Shown piece after piece: positions 27,765 through 38,747 of a stretch of 64,000 nucleotides of DNA; the first letter of the stretch is position 1, and every line of letters starts with the position of its first letter. The stretch is from positions 100,393-164,392 of the forward strand of contig CAVOYO010000012.1 of assembly GCA_963700695.1 (NCBI GenBank), given 5' to 3'. The DNA comes from an uncultured Acidobacteriota bacterium. GTDB lineage: Bacteria; Acidobacteriota; Vicinamibacteria; Fen-336. A program made the position numbers and the translations under genes. The notes below the pieces were generated by a model. That model did no database searches. It was not told where the DNA came from and saw nothing but the letters and a program-made list of their open reading frames with translations.

Positions 27765-28841
27765 GTGGGAGAGCAGGCCCTCGAGGAACTGGGCTGGTCG
27801 CCCTTCTTCGCCGAGGCCTGGGCGGACCTGGCCTCTTCGGAAGAGCGGGTGCCCGCGCGGGTCGTCGTCGCCCACGCGCGCGTCCTCAGGGTGCGGGGAG
27901 CCCAGGGTGAGCAGCTCGCCGAGGCGTCGGGCGGCCTGAGGCGCGCGGCGCGGGCCTCCCAGGACCGTCCCGCGGTCGGCGACTGGGTGGCGCTGCGCCT
28001 TCGGCCCCGCGCCGGGCGGGTCGTCGTCGACGCGGTGCTGCCTCGGCGCACCGCGTTCGTGCGCCGGGCCGCCGGGGACCTCGCCGTCCAGCAGGTCCTT
28101 GCCGCGAACGTGGACACGGTGTTCCTGGTGATGGGCCTCGACCGGGACTACAACCCCAGACGCATCGAGCGGGCACTGGTCCTGGCCTGGGAGAGCGGGG
28201 CCGAGCCGGTGGTCCTGTTGAACAAGGCCGACTTGTGCGAAGACGTTGCCGCCCGCCGGACCGAGATCGAAGCGGTGGCTCCCGGGGTGCCGGTGCGCGT
28301 GATCGCGGCAAAGGAGGGGGAGGGCCTAGAGGCGCTTTCCCCCTGGCTCGAGCGGGGTCGGACCGTGGCGCTCCTGGGCTCGTCGGGGGTCGGCAAGTCC
28401 ACCATCGTCAACCGTCTCCTGGGGGAGGAGCGGCAGCGGACGCGTGAGGTGCGGGAGAGTGACCAGCGGGGCCGCCACACCACGACGCATCGCGAGCTCG
28501 TGACCCTTCCGACCGGCGGGCTGCTCCTCGACACCCCGGGGCTGCGCGAGCTCCAGCTCTGGGCCACGGAGGAGGGGCTCGCCACCGCCTTCGAGGACGT
28601 GGAGGCGATGGCCCCGGGGTGTCGCTTCCGGGATTGCGCGCATCAGTCGGAGCCGGGCTGTGCCGTCCGGGCCGCGGTGGAGGCAGGGACGCTGGCGGAG
28701 GCGCGCCTCGCCAGCTACCACAAGCTCCGAGCCGAGCTCCGATCCCTCGAGGTCCGCGAGGACCCCCTGCTCCAGCGGGAGGAGAGGGCCCGCTGGCGCA
28801 GCATCCTCAAGTCGGTCAAGACCCACCGTCCCCGCGAGTAG
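27765..28841 (+). CDS. rsgA: Ribosome small-subunit-dependent GTPase A (RsgA/YjeQ)
   Basis: GSSGVGKST G1 motif; Zn-finger CRFRDCAHQSEPGCAV; circularly permuted GTPase layout; GTG start. Confidence 0.85.
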   Translation: MGEQALEELGWSPFFAEAWADLASSEERVPARVVVAHARVLRVRGAQGEQLAEASGGLRRAARASQDRPAVGDWVALRLRPRAGRVVVDAVLPRRTAFVRRAAGDLAVQQVLAANVDTVFLVMGLDRDYNPRRIERALVLAWESGAEPVVLLNKADLCEDVAARRTEIEAVAPGVPVRVIAAKEGEGLEALSPWLERGRTVALLGSSGVGKSTIVNRLLGEERQRTREVRESDQRGRHTTTHRELVTLPTGGLLLDTPGLRELQLWATEEGLATAFEDVEAMAPGCRFRDCAHQSEPGCAVRAAVEAGTLAEARLASYHKLRAELRSLEVREDPLLQREERARWRSILKSVKTHRPRE

Positions 28842-28893
28842 TCGCGGCGTTCGGCCGCACCGCCGCCGGCGACGCTGGATGTAGGATGGATCC

Positions 28894-29925
28894 ATGGGGC
28901 CGGGCTACGACGCGCTTCTTCTGCTGTCCTTCGGCGGTCCGGAGGGACCGGAGGACGTGATGCCGTTCCTCCTCAACGTGCTGCGCGGTCGAAGCATCCC
29001 CCCGGATCGCCTCCGCGAGGTGGCGTCGCACTACGAACACTTCGGCGGGGTGAGCCCGATCAACGGGCAGTGCCGCGCCCTGATCGCCGCGCTGCGCGAG
29101 GAGCTGGAGCGCAACGGCCCGCGGATTCCGGTGTACTGGGGCAACCGCAACTGGCACCCGATGCTCGCCGATACCCTGCGGGAGATGGCGGGGGACGGCG
29201 TTCGTCGCGCCCTCGCGTTCGTCACCTCGGCCTTCAGCTCGTACTCTGGCTGTCGCCAGTACCTCGAAGACATCACGCGAGCCCGGAAGGAGGCTGGGGA
29301 CAGGGCCCCCGTGGTCGCCAAGCTGAGAGGTTTCTACAACCATCCGGGCTTCGTGGAGCCGATGATCGAGCGGGTTGCGGTGGCCCTTGACCTCATTCCC
29401 GAGCCCCGTCGCGCCGAGGCCCGGCTCGTCTACACCGCGCACAGCCTTCCCCGTGCCCTGGCGGCCACCAGCGACTACGAGGCCCAGCTCAAGGAAGCGG
29501 CGGGGCTCGTGACGAGGGGCCTCGGCCGAAACGGCTGGAGCCTCGTGTACCAGAGCCGCAGTGGCCCCCCCGGCCAGCCCTGGCTCGAGCCCGACATCGT
29601 GGACCACCTGAGGGCGCTGGCCGTCGAGGGCGTGCAGGATGTGGTGGTGGCCCCGCTCGGCTTCGTCTCGGATCACATGGAGGTCGTGTACGACCTCGAC
29701 CTCGAGGCGAAGAGCCGGGCGCTGGAGCTGGGCCTGAACATGGTCCGCGCCGGAACCGTGGGCAGCCACCCCCGCTTCGTGCGCATGATCCGGGAGCTCG
29801 TTCTCGAGCGCTTCACGGAGAACCCGGTGCGGCGGCACCTCGGCACCCGCGGGCCCGCCCCGGACCAGTGCCCGGCGGACTGCTGCCCGCCCCCGGCCCG
29901 CCCACCGTCGGACCGCTCCGATTGA
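28894..29925 (+). CDS. hemH: Ferrochelatase
   Basis: LLLSFGGPEGPEDVMPFL N-terminal signature; NRNWHP; SAHSLP motifs. Confidence 0.85.
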   Translation: MGPGYDALLLLSFGGPEGPEDVMPFLLNVLRGRSIPPDRLREVASHYEHFGGVSPINGQCRALIAALREELERNGPRIPVYWGNRNWHPMLADTLREMAGDGVRRALAFVTSAFSSYSGCRQYLEDITRARKEAGDRAPVVAKLRGFYNHPGFVEPMIERVAVALDLIPEPRRAEARLVYTAHSLPRALAATSDYEAQLKEAAGLVTRGLGRNGWSLVYQSRSGPPGQPWLEPDIVDHLRALAVEGVQDVVVAPLGFVSDHMEVVYDLDLEAKSRALELGLNMVRAGTVGSHPRFVRMIRELVLERFTENPVRRHLGTRGPAPDQCPADCCPPPARPPSDRSD

Positions 29926-29933
29926 GGACGAAG

Positions 29934-31082
29934 ATGGCGACGGGACGAAGAAGAGGCAAACCCATGACGAAAGACAGCTCCCCCGGAGAGGGCGAGGGTT
30001 CGCGCTCCGTGCTCTTCACTGGCTTCCCCGGTTTCATCGGAGCGCGTCTCCTCCCCCGGGTTCTCGAGCTCAAGGCCAACACGCGCGCCGTCTGCCTCGT
30101 TCAGGAGAAGTTCATGGACGCCGCCCGCGACGCCGTGGAGGCGGTCGGATCCTCCCACCCCCACACGCGCGGCCGGATCGATCTGGTCACCGGCGACATC
30201 ACCGTTCAGGGGCTCGGGATCCCGGCGAAGGCGGCCCGCGACCTTCGCCGCTCCCTCGCCGAGGCGTATCACCTCGCCGCGGTCTACGACCTGGCGGTCA
30301 AGCGCGACGTCGGCCGACGCATCAACGTCGAGGGGACGAAGAACGTCCTCGAGTTCCTCGACGAGGGTCCGCGCTTCGATCGACTGCACTACGTCTCCAC
30401 CGCCTACGTCTCGGGCACCGCGCGCGGTACCTTCCGCGAGACGGACCTGGACGTGGGCCAGGGCTTCAAGAACCACTACGAGGAGACGAAGTTCCAGGCC
30501 GAGGTCGAGGTCGCCCGCTCGCGCGTCCCCTGCACCATCTACCGACCGGGGATCGTGGTGGGAGACTCGAAGACCGGCGAGACCGTCAAGTTCGACGGCC
30601 CCTACTTCGTGATGCGGGTGATGGAGAAGCTCCCGTCTCCGGGCGTCTTCCTCCGCATCGGCCTCGGTTTCGGCACCGTCAACATCGTGCCGGTCGACTT
30701 CGTGGTCGAGGCCCTCGCGTCCCTCTCCGCGAATCCGATCAGCGCGGGCAAGACCTATCACCTCTGTGATCCCCAGCCGCACGCCCCGGGAGAGCTGGCC
30801 GAGATGTTCGCGGCGGCCATCGGGAAGAAGTTCGTCCAGGTTCCTGTGCCCCTGAAGGTGGCCCGTGCCTTCTTCTCACCGAAGCCGGTACAGCGGTTCT
30901 TCGGCATGCCGGGCGAGGCGCTCGACTACTTCGACGACCCCGTGCGGCACGACACCTCGCTGGCGAGCCAGGACCTGGGGGAGCTCGGGATCGAGTGCCC
31001 GCGCCTCGCCGACTACCTCCCGCGTCTCGTGAAGTTCTACCAGGCCCACCGGGAGAAGATCCGCCGGGAAGCGATGATCTGA
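29934..31082 (+). CDS. SDR-family NAD(P)-dependent epimerase/thioester-reductase-like protein
   Basis: VLFTGFPGFIGARLL Rossmann motif; YxxxK-type core; ~380 aa architecture like male-sterility/thioester reductase domain proteins. Confidence 0.65.
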   Translation: MATGRRRGKPMTKDSSPGEGEGSRSVLFTGFPGFIGARLLPRVLELKANTRAVCLVQEKFMDAARDAVEAVGSSHPHTRGRIDLVTGDITVQGLGIPAKAARDLRRSLAEAYHLAAVYDLAVKRDVGRRINVEGTKNVLEFLDEGPRFDRLHYVSTAYVSGTARGTFRETDLDVGQGFKNHYEETKFQAEVEVARSRVPCTIYRPGIVVGDSKTGETVKFDGPYFVMRVMEKLPSPGVFLRIGLGFGTVNIVPVDFVVEALASLSANPISAGKTYHLCDPQPHAPGELAEMFAAAIGKKFVQVPVPLKVARAFFSPKPVQRFFGMPGEALDYFDDPVRHDTSLASQDLGELGIECPRLADYLPRLVKFYQAHREKIRREAMI

Positions 31083-32105
31083 CTACTGCCGAAGCAGACG
31101 GTCCGGGGCCTGTCGGTCGATGAACTGGAGGTGCAGGCGCTCGGTCGTGGGTTGGGCGCGCGTGATGGCGCGCACCTCGGCCCGCGTGGCGAAGCCGCCC
31201 CCTGCCTCCTGGAGCAGGATCACGTCGTTCACCTGGAATGTCAGCGTCGTCATCACGCGCGCGCCCCCGCGGCTGACGTTGTCGGCCACGGTGAGCTCCT
31301 CCTGAAGCACCTGCCCAAACTCGTCCACCTGCTCGATGGTGAAGTTGACCCACATCTGCACCCGCGCAGATCCCCGACGGTCCTGCGGGACCTCCCGGGA
31401 GGGATGGAACTCGATGGCCGGTGCCGTGGGCGCCGGCGCCGGAGGCACGCCGGGGCGAGGCTCGGGCGTGGGGTCCGAGCCCCAGAACACCATCGGTGGA
31501 GGCTCGGCGGGAGGGGGCGGAGGCGGAGGGGTCTCCGGGGCCACGTCCACGTCCGGTCCCGGCTCGAGAGGATCCGGTGGCTCGAACGGGGGGGGTGGCT
31601 CGGAGGCGGCGGTCGAGGCGGCCTCCGGAGACGGTGCCGGCTCCGGAGGGCTCGACACCGGCGTCTGGCTCGGGGTCTCGCGCGGCGGCCCGGCAGCGGT
31701 CTCTCGAGGGGTCTCGGACCCGTCGGGGCTGGCCTCCGGCGAGTCCGACGGGAGCAGGTAGCGGGCCCCCGGGCGGTCGTGGAACCCGCGCGGGGGGTAT
31801 TTGCCGAAGTACATCACCCCGACGCGATGCTGGTCGGGTCGGCGGCGCACGCTGCGCACCAGCGTGTAGACGCGATAGCTGGCGTCGTGCAGGTCATACT
31901 GCCGCAGGCGCTTGGGGAGGGCCAGGGTGATGAAGAGGATCTGGCCGAGCTCCACGTCGTGGGCGAGCGGGAAGCACGACCCTCCCAGCGACACGTCGTC
32001 GGTGGTCACGAACTCCTCCCAGGTGGACCCCTCACCGGTGTAGCCCTGCACCCGGGCCGGGATGGCCAGGCCGAGCCGCGCGTTCTTCCGACGCTCCCCG
32101 CTCAC
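31083..32105 (-). CDS. Tandem PilZ-domain protein with Pro-rich linker (putative c-di-GMP receptor)
   Basis: Two PilZ-like halves (ERRKNARLGL... and ...RRGSARVQMWVNF...) separated by PPEPAPSPEAAS...PPPPPPPAEPPP. Upstream part of the track ORF is antisense to mlaE; GTG start 32105 inferred. Confidence 0.5.
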   Translation of the reverse strand: MSGERRKNARLGLAIPARVQGYTGEGSTWEEFVTTDDVSLGGSCFPLAHDVELGQILFITLALPKRLRQYDLHDASYRVYTLVRSVRRRPDQHRVGVMYFGKYPPRGFHDRPGARYLLPSDSPEASPDGSETPRETAAGPPRETPSQTPVSSPPEPAPSPEAASTAASEPPPPFEPPDPLEPGPDVDVAPETPPPPPPPAEPPPMVFWGSDPTPEPRPGVPPAPAPTAPAIEFHPSREVPQDRRGSARVQMWVNFTIEQVDEFGQVLQEELTVADNVSRGGARVMTTLTFQVNDVILLQEAGGGFATRAEVRAITRAQPTTERLHLQFIDRQAPDRLLRQ

Positions 32106-32186
32106 GACGAGCGATTCTACCGCACCGCACCGCCTGGCGTAGAATGAAGCGTTTGTGCCGCGGGCCCCATGCCTGCCGGTGGATCC

Positions 32187-32984
32187 ATGAACAAACTCAT
32201 CCGTCGGGGCATTCTGAGACCCCTCGCACGCACCGGCGGCACCGCGGAGGCCGTGGCCCTTCACGCGGGACAGCTGGCCACTCTCACCTGGGGCGTGGCC
32301 GTCGCCACGCTTCGGGGCCGCGTAGCCCTGCGCGACATCATCGATCAGTTCTGGGCGATGGGGGTGCAGAGCCTCCCCCTCGTGCTGGTCACCGCCGTCA
32401 TCTCCGGGGTCGTGACCACGCAGCAGGGCGGCTACCAGCTCACCTCCACGATCCCCCTCTACGTCCTGGGCAGCGTGGTCGCCTCGAGCGTCGTCCTGGA
32501 GCTCGGCCCGGTTATGACCTCCTTCGTTCTGATCGGCCGCGTGGGCGCGCGGATCACCGCCGAGATCGGCACCATGCAGGTCTCCGAGCAGATCGACGCC
32601 TTGCACTCACTGGGCCGTGACCCGGTGGCCGTCCTGGCCGCACCCCGGATCATCGCCGGCACGATCACCACTCCGCTTCTCGTGTCGATCGCCAACGTCG
32701 TGGGCATCTTCTCGGGCATGTTCGCGGCCCGACTGTTCCTCGGTTTGGGCTACCAGTCGTTTCTCTACGGCGCCCGCATGTACTGGCACAGCTGGGACCT
32801 GCTCTACTCGATCAACAAGGGCATCGTCTTCGGCTTCATCATCCCTCTGATCTCGGTGCACATGGGCTTACGCACGCGCGGGGGCGCCGAAGGAGTCGGG
32901 CGATCGACCACCGCCGCGGTCGTCTTCATGATCATCTCGCTCCTCGTTCTCGACGCCACCTTCCCATCGCTCTTCCTGAACTAG
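32187..32984 (+). CDS. mlaE: MlaE-type ABC transporter permease
   Basis: MNKLIRRGILRP...; 5 TM; conserved MlaE core (QVSEQIDAL, PRIIAGTITTPLL). Confidence 0.85.
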   Translation: MNKLIRRGILRPLARTGGTAEAVALHAGQLATLTWGVAVATLRGRVALRDIIDQFWAMGVQSLPLVLVTAVISGVVTTQQGGYQLTSTIPLYVLGSVVASSVVLELGPVMTSFVLIGRVGARITAEIGTMQVSEQIDALHSLGRDPVAVLAAPRIIAGTITTPLLVSIANVVGIFSGMFAARLFLGLGYQSFLYGARMYWHSWDLLYSINKGIVFGFIIPLISVHMGLRTRGGAEGVGRSTTAAVVFMIISLLVLDATFPSLFLN

Positions 32985-32992
32985 CCGGTCTC

Positions 32993-33793
32993 ATGATCGA
33001 GTACATCGACATCCACAAGGCCTTCGACGTCCCGGTCCTCACCGGGGTGAACCTCACCGTGCAGACCGGCGAGACCCTGTCGATCGTCGGCCCGTCCGGA
33101 ACCGGGAAGAGCGTGCTGCTGAAGACCACGAACGGCCTCCTGGTGCCCGACCAGGGCGACGTGCGGGTGGACGGAGAGTCGGCCTACTTCGACGGCGACG
33201 AGACGCTTCGGCGCATCCGTGGCAAGGTGGGGTACGTCTTCCAGTACGCGGCGCTGTTCGACTCGATGACCGTGTGCGAGAACATCTGCACCGGCCTGCC
33301 CCAGGGCGTGGACATCCGAGCGGGCTGGGTCCTCGAGAAGGTGGCCGAGGCCCTCGAGGACGTGAATCTCGACCCCGAGCAGGTCATGAACAAGCTGCCG
33401 GCGGAGCTCAGCGGTGGGATGCGCAAGCGGGTCGGCCTGGCCCGCTCGATCGTGGGCCGTCCCGAGATCCTTCTCTACGACGAGCCGGTGACCGGGCTCG
33501 ACCCCGTGAACACCGCGGCGGTGTCACGCCTCATCCGCGACATCCGCGACAAGACCCGGGTCACCTCGATCATCGTGACCCACGACATCGAGCAGGCCCT
33601 CGAGATCTCGGACCGGGTCGCGCTCCTCGAGCACGGGGTCCTGCGGTTCATCGGAACGCCCCCGGAGTTCCAGGCGAGCACGGACCCGGTCGTGCGCGCC
33701 TTCGCCGACCGCCGCATGGCCGCCGAGGCCGCCGTCCGCATCATGGAAGCAGATGCGGAGGACCTGAAGAAGGACATGGAGGAAGCGCCGTGA
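32993..33793 (+). CDS. mlaF: MlaF-type ABC transporter ATP-binding protein
   Basis: GPSGTGKSVLLK Walker A; LSGGMRKRVGLARS signature; LLYDEPVTGLDP Walker B. Confidence 0.9.
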   Translation: MIEYIDIHKAFDVPVLTGVNLTVQTGETLSIVGPSGTGKSVLLKTTNGLLVPDQGDVRVDGESAYFDGDETLRRIRGKVGYVFQYAALFDSMTVCENICTGLPQGVDIRAGWVLEKVAEALEDVNLDPEQVMNKLPAELSGGMRKRVGLARSIVGRPEILLYDEPVTGLDPVNTAAVSRLIRDIRDKTRVTSIIVTHDIEQALEISDRVALLEHGVLRFIGTPPEFQASTDPVVRAFADRRMAAEAAVRIMEADAEDLKKDMEEAP

Positions 33794-34725
33794 GCACCGA
33801 CAAGCCTCTGCCCATCCCGCCGCAGCTGCGCCGCCGTCGCCGCGAGATCTGGGTTGGCCTCTTCGTGGTGGCGGGTCTGGCCGGGATCCTGATCGTTCTC
33901 TCGACCATGACCGACGCCGCCCTCTTCCGGGGCCGCTATATCGTGAGCACGATCGTTCCCGACGCGGCGGGGATTCGAAACGGGGACCCGGTGCAGATGC
34001 GGGGGGTCAACATCGGCCGCGTCATGGGGTTCAGGATCAGCACCGATGAGGTCGAGGTCCGTCTCGAGATCGAAGGCGAGTACCCGGTCCCGAACGACTC
34101 GGTGGTGGAGCTCAAGGCGAGCGGTCTTCTCGGGGGTCTGGTGGCGGACGTGATCCCCGGCTCCTCCTCGGAGATGGCGAAGTGGGGCGACGTCCTGGAG
34201 GGGCGAAGCGGCGTGGGCCTCTTCGACAAGATGGACTCTCTGGCCGGGGAGGCGGACGACGTGGCCGCGCGCCTGAAGGAGTTGCTCTCCGACGAGATGG
34301 TCGGCAACCTTCACGGAACGGCGGGCGAGGCCCGCCAGCTACTCGAGCAGCTCTCGGGTACGGTGGCCGAGCAGCGGGGCGAGCTCAAGGCGCTCACGAA
34401 GAGCCTGCGGCGTTCGGCGGAGGGTCTCGAGAAGGTCACGACCGGCCCCGAGCTCGAGAACACGGTCAAGCGCGTGGAGGAGGTCGCCTCCCGGATGGAC
34501 GAGGTGCTCTCCGGACTCGACCGCTCGTCGCAGTCGCTCGAGTCCATCCTCGGCCGCGTCGACCGCGGTGAGGGGACCCTCGGGAAGCTGACCACCGACG
34601 ACGCCCTCTACGACAACGTGTCCAGCGCCGCCGCCAACCTCGACAAGGCCGCGGTCGAGATCCGCGCGCTTCTCGAGGACGTCCGGACGAAGCCAAAGAA
34701 GTACATCAAGCTGAGCCTCTTCTGA
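33790..34725 (+). CDS. mlaD: MlaD-type MCE-domain protein
   Basis: GTG start overlapping mlaF stop; N-terminal TM (IWVGLFVVAGLAGILIVL); MCE domain; C-terminal coiled coil. Confidence 0.8.
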   Translation: MSTDKPLPIPPQLRRRRREIWVGLFVVAGLAGILIVLSTMTDAALFRGRYIVSTIVPDAAGIRNGDPVQMRGVNIGRVMGFRISTDEVEVRLEIEGEYPVPNDSVVELKASGLLGGLVADVIPGSSSEMAKWGDVLEGRSGVGLFDKMDSLAGEADDVAARLKELLSDEMVGNLHGTAGEARQLLEQLSGTVAEQRGELKALTKSLRRSAEGLEKVTTGPELENTVKRVEEVASRMDEVLSGLDRSSQSLESILGRVDRGEGTLGKLTTDDALYDNVSSAAANLDKAAVEIRALLEDVRTKPKKYIKLSLF

Positions 34726-34814
34726 TTCCGAGTTCGCCAAGTTGGTCGTCGGACTCGGAATAGTCCGTTCCTGTCATTCCGAGGGCCTCGACTTGAACCG
34801 TGGCCCGAGGAATC
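34725..34814. repeat. Two adjacent REP-like hairpins (CATTCCGAG...CTCGGAAT family)
   Basis: gattccgagttcgcc...gtcggactcggaatag and tcattccgagggcctcgacttgaaccgtggcccgaggaatc. Immediately after the mlaD stop. Confidence 0.7.
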
Positions 34815-34982
34815 TCGCCGCCATGAGATCCTCGCGCGCTGGCCCGCGATGCGAGCTCAGGATGACGGACCGCAGGCCAGGCGGCGGTCCGTCAGATCCT
34901 TCGTCGCATGCCCACGCCGGGCTAAGGACCACGACCCGGCCTGGAGGCTTGGGGTGCTGCGGTCGCCCGCTCGCGGGGACGC

Positions 34983-37692
34983 TCACTCCGAGGCGTCGGG
35001 CAAGCTCAGCAGCCAGATGTTGGCCTCGAGGGATTCGGCCTGGACGAGCACGGAGCGGCCGTTGCGGGACACCCCCAGCTGCTCCTTGTCGACCGAGCCG
35101 CTGCTCTCGAGGGGGCCAACGTCGCGGGCGGCGCCTGTCGTGTGGTCGACCAGCGTCAGGCGCCCTCCGTCGCCGAGCACGACGAGATTGCGCGAATCGG
35201 GCAGCCAGCGTGCCACGAACCCGGGCCGCTCGAGCGGCCGGTACTCCTCGGCTTCGAAGGACCATAGCAGGAGGTCCGGGCGGACGGCGCCCGCGCGCAA
35301 AGACGCGTTCCCGATCAGCCAGCGGCCGTCGTGCGACCAGTCGCGCACCTCGTACCAGTGGTCCGCCGACAGGTCGGGCAGGCATTCCGTCGCTGACACC
35401 GGCGTGTCTGCCACGGTGATGATGCAGGTGCCCCTCCCGGTGGGAAAGGCGATTCGCGTCCCATCCGGCGACCAGTAGGGGAACCACGCCCCGTCGGCGA
35501 CATCCGTGCGCTGTCGGAGGCCGCTGCCGTCCGGCCGGATGCTCCACACCTGATACGTCCCCGAGCGGTTGGAGTAGAAGGCGATCTCGGAGCCGTCCGG
35601 CGACCACTGCGGGCCGCGATCCCGGAAGGGATCGTCGGTGAGCTGCCGGAGCTCGCCCCCTCCGCTCTGCAGGACGTAAAGGTCCTCGCGGCTTCCCGCG
35701 GTCGTCAGCGCGATCGAGTCTCCGTCGGGCGAAGGTTGGGTGTAGCCGATCGGCAGAGCCCCGGCGAGGATCGTCCTCGCGTCGCCGGCCGGCCGGAGCC
35801 GCTCCGGGTCGAGCGGCAGCGAGTGGAGGTAGTGGAGGGTCGAGCGGGAGACATACCCCAGGCTCCCGCCCTCTCTCGCCACGGCGAGCCAGGCCACCTG
35901 CTCCGCCGGCGTCCCCACGAGCACGGGCTCTCCGTCGGCCGCGCCGGTCGCCGGGTCGATCGCCACACGCCACACGTTCATGGTGCCGGCCCGGTCGCTC
36001 ACGAAGTAGAGTTGGCGTCCGTCGGGCGACCAGACCGGGTTCCAGTCGACAGGGACGTCTGTCGTGACGGCCACCGGTTCACCCTGGCCCTCCGCGTCGA
36101 TCGTGGCGAGGTCGCGCTGGCCCGAGTTGCCGTTCACCCTCCAGAAGGCGATCCGGCGACCGTCGGGTGACCACGCGGGCTGGACGGCGTCGCCCGAGTA
36201 GATGCGGCGGGTCTCCCCGGAGACCACGGCGATCGTCCACAGCTCGGCGGCCGCGGCCTGGCGACTCAGGGGATCGTTGATGCCCTCGGTCGAGACCACC
36301 ACGCGGCTGCCGTCCGGGGACCAGCTGGGGTTGTGGCCCAGGTCGCCGAGGCGCCGCACCGATTCCCCGGTTGCCCCCATCAGGAAGATGCCACCCCCGC
36401 CCCTCTCCGAGCGGAACACGATCTGCCTTCCATCCGGCGAGAAAGCAGGCTCGGTGTCCGCGGCCGGGGAGTCCTCCGTCAGGTTGATGGCGTTGCGGCC
36501 GTCGACGCGCTGGAGGTAGATGTCGGCGTTGCCGGAGGCCTCGCTCATGTAGACGACCTGACGGCCGTCCGGCGAGAGCGCGGGGTGGTTCTCGACGCCC
36601 TTGTGGAAGGTCAGCTGCTGCGCGCTCCAGCCCACACCACCCGTCGTCTCCGCGCTGCCGCTCCCCCAGGAAGCGCCCGAGGACGGCGCCGGCGACCGCG
36701 GCCACCCCGACCGCGAGTGCCAGCGCCACCCTGCTCCTCCCCGACCGGCGCCGCGCGTCCGCGGTCTCCGCAGACGACGCCGGGCCGCCTGCATGCTGGA
36801 TCCAGGTCAGCTCCTCCGCGACGTCGTGCGCCGACTGCCAGCGTTCCTCCCGGTCCTTCTCCAGGCACCGGGCGATCACGTGCTCGAGCGAGGGCGGGGT
36901 GAGGGGCTGCCGCTCCCCGACCGGGGCCGGCACGTCCCTCATGATGCTGCTGATCAGGCTGGCCTGGCTCTTCCCCGCAAACGGAGGCCGCCCCGTGGCC
37001 ATCTCGTAGAGCAGGCAGCCGAGGGCCCAGATGTCGGCTCGTGCGTCCGCCTCTTCCCCCTCGAGCTGCTCGGGGGCCATGTATTGGAAGGTGCCGAGCA
37101 CGGCTCCCGCCTCGGTGAGCGGTGGCTTGGCCTCGGTCGGGGCGCTCGAGTCCTGGGGGGGCGCCCCCGGAGCGAGCCCGGTCGGCGCGTTCGACTCCGT
37201 CCGCTCCTGCTCCGCCAGGCCGCTCTTGGCGAGGCCGAAGTCCAGCAGCTTGGCCCCGGACTTGGTGAGCATGACATTGCCCGGCTTCAGATCGCGATGA
37301 GCGATGCCAGCGCGATGAGCCCGGTCGAGGGCACCCGCCACCTGGGCCCCGATCTTCAGGAGCTGATCGAGAGGCAGCGCCCCCTTGGCCAGCCGCTCGG
37401 CGAGGCTCTCGCCCTCGAGGTGCTCCATGACCAGGAAGCGGACGCCGTCCTCCTCGCCCACGTCGAAGAGCGTACAGATGTGGGGGTGGCTGAGAGCCGC
37501 GACCGCCTTGGCCTCGCGCTCGAAGCGCTCAAGGCGCTGCGGGTGCTCGGCCAGGTGGCCGGGGAGCACCTTGATCGCGACCGAACGGTCGAGCCGCGTG
37601 TCCTGGGCGCGGTACACCTCGCCCATCCCCCCCGCGCCGAGCGGAGATTCGATCTCGTAGGGCCCGAGGCGCTGACCGGACTTCAGGCTCAT
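34983..37692 (-). CDS. Ser/Thr protein kinase fused via TM segment to TolB-like WD40-like beta-propeller repeats; frame broken once near 36660 (G-run)
   Basis: Kinase: GPYEIESPLGAGGMGEVYRAQD, HRDLKPGNVML, DFGLAK, GTFQYMAPE. TM segment VALALAVGVAAVAGAVLG. The other frame (34983..36794) continues with repeated SPDGRxIAF / WSPDG propeller blades. The junction ctgggggagcgg has a 5-G run. Confidence 0.75.
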
Positions 37693-37889
37693 CGTCGCCC
37701 CTCCCCGGTCCCCGCAGGCGAGGCGGTCGCCCTGGTCCACGGGGCCGTCACACATCTTTCTTGGAACGATCCCGCAGCATACACCAGGTGAGCCCCTCTG
37801 GTCGTCGGCTTGCCGGGAATGACGGGTGGCCACCCGGCGTTGCATCATGGTAGGGGGCCGTGCGGATCCGCTCCGCCCCGGGGGAACCC

Positions 37890-38474
37890 ATGAGAAAGAG
37901 CCTGATCTATGCCGCTGCTGCCGCGATCACCACCCTGGCGTGGCTCGTCGCGTTTCGTCCGGGTCCGGGAGATGCCGAGCGACGCCTGTCCGCGGGGGTA
38001 GCCGAGGCCGCGGAAGGGGACGAAGGCAAAGGGACCGTTCGCTTGTTCTCGGTCGCGGAGGGAGGTTTCGTCGTGTCCGACAAGGTGGTCAAGAGCGAGG
38101 AGGAGTGGAAGAAGGACCTGTCGCCCATGCAGTACAAGGTGCTGCGGGAGAAGGGGACGGAGAGGGCCTTCACCGGGGCCCTCCTGAAGAACCACGAGAA
38201 GGGCGTCTACAAGTGCGCCGCGTGCGGCGCCGACCTCTTCGCCTCGGACACGAAGTTCGAGTCCGGCTCCGGCTGGCCCAGCTTCTACGCCCCCGTCGCC
38301 GAGGAGAACGTGGCCGAGGAGGCCGACGATACGCTCGGCATGCGTCGGATCGAGGTTCTCTGCCGACGCTGCGGCGGGCATCTCGGACACGTCTTCGACG
38401 ACGGGCCGAAGCCGACCGGCCTGCGCTACTGCGTCAACTCCGCGAGCCTCGAGTTCGAGAAGAAGGACGAGTAA
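37890..38474 (+). CDS. msrB: Peptide-methionine (R)-S-oxide reductase MsrB, exported
   Basis: Signal peptide; [11 protein letters not shown]...GSGWPSF...[21 protein letters not shown] (two CxxC + catalytic Cys). Confidence 0.85.
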   Translation: MRKSLIYAAAAAITTLAWLVAFRPGPGDAERRLSAGVAEAAEGDEGKGTVRLFSVAEGGFVVSDKVVKSEEEWKKDLSPMQYKVLREKGTERAFTGALLKNHEKGVYKCAACGADLFASDTKFESGSGWPSFYAPVAEENVAEEADDTLGMRRIEVLCRRCGGHLGHVFDDGPKPTGLRYCVNSASLEFEKKDE

Positions 38475-38747
38475 CGGGGACTGGCCACCAGGCCGGGGCT
38501 CGTCCGCGTGTCCTCTCCCTGGGGACACGCCGGCGTACGGGTCTCTCTCAAGGCGTTCCCAGCCTGTCGGAGGCGACGCTCACGCGTCGCGGCGTACACT
38601 CGGGGTCGACGCTCGTCTCGCAAGCTCGACTTCGCGTCCCCCGAGCCCCTACGTGGGGAGGGATAGGGTGGGGGGTCGATGAACGATTTGGGGGAGCGCG
38701 CGTTGAGCGTGCCCTGAATGAACTCCATCCGCCATTCAGGGCACTAT

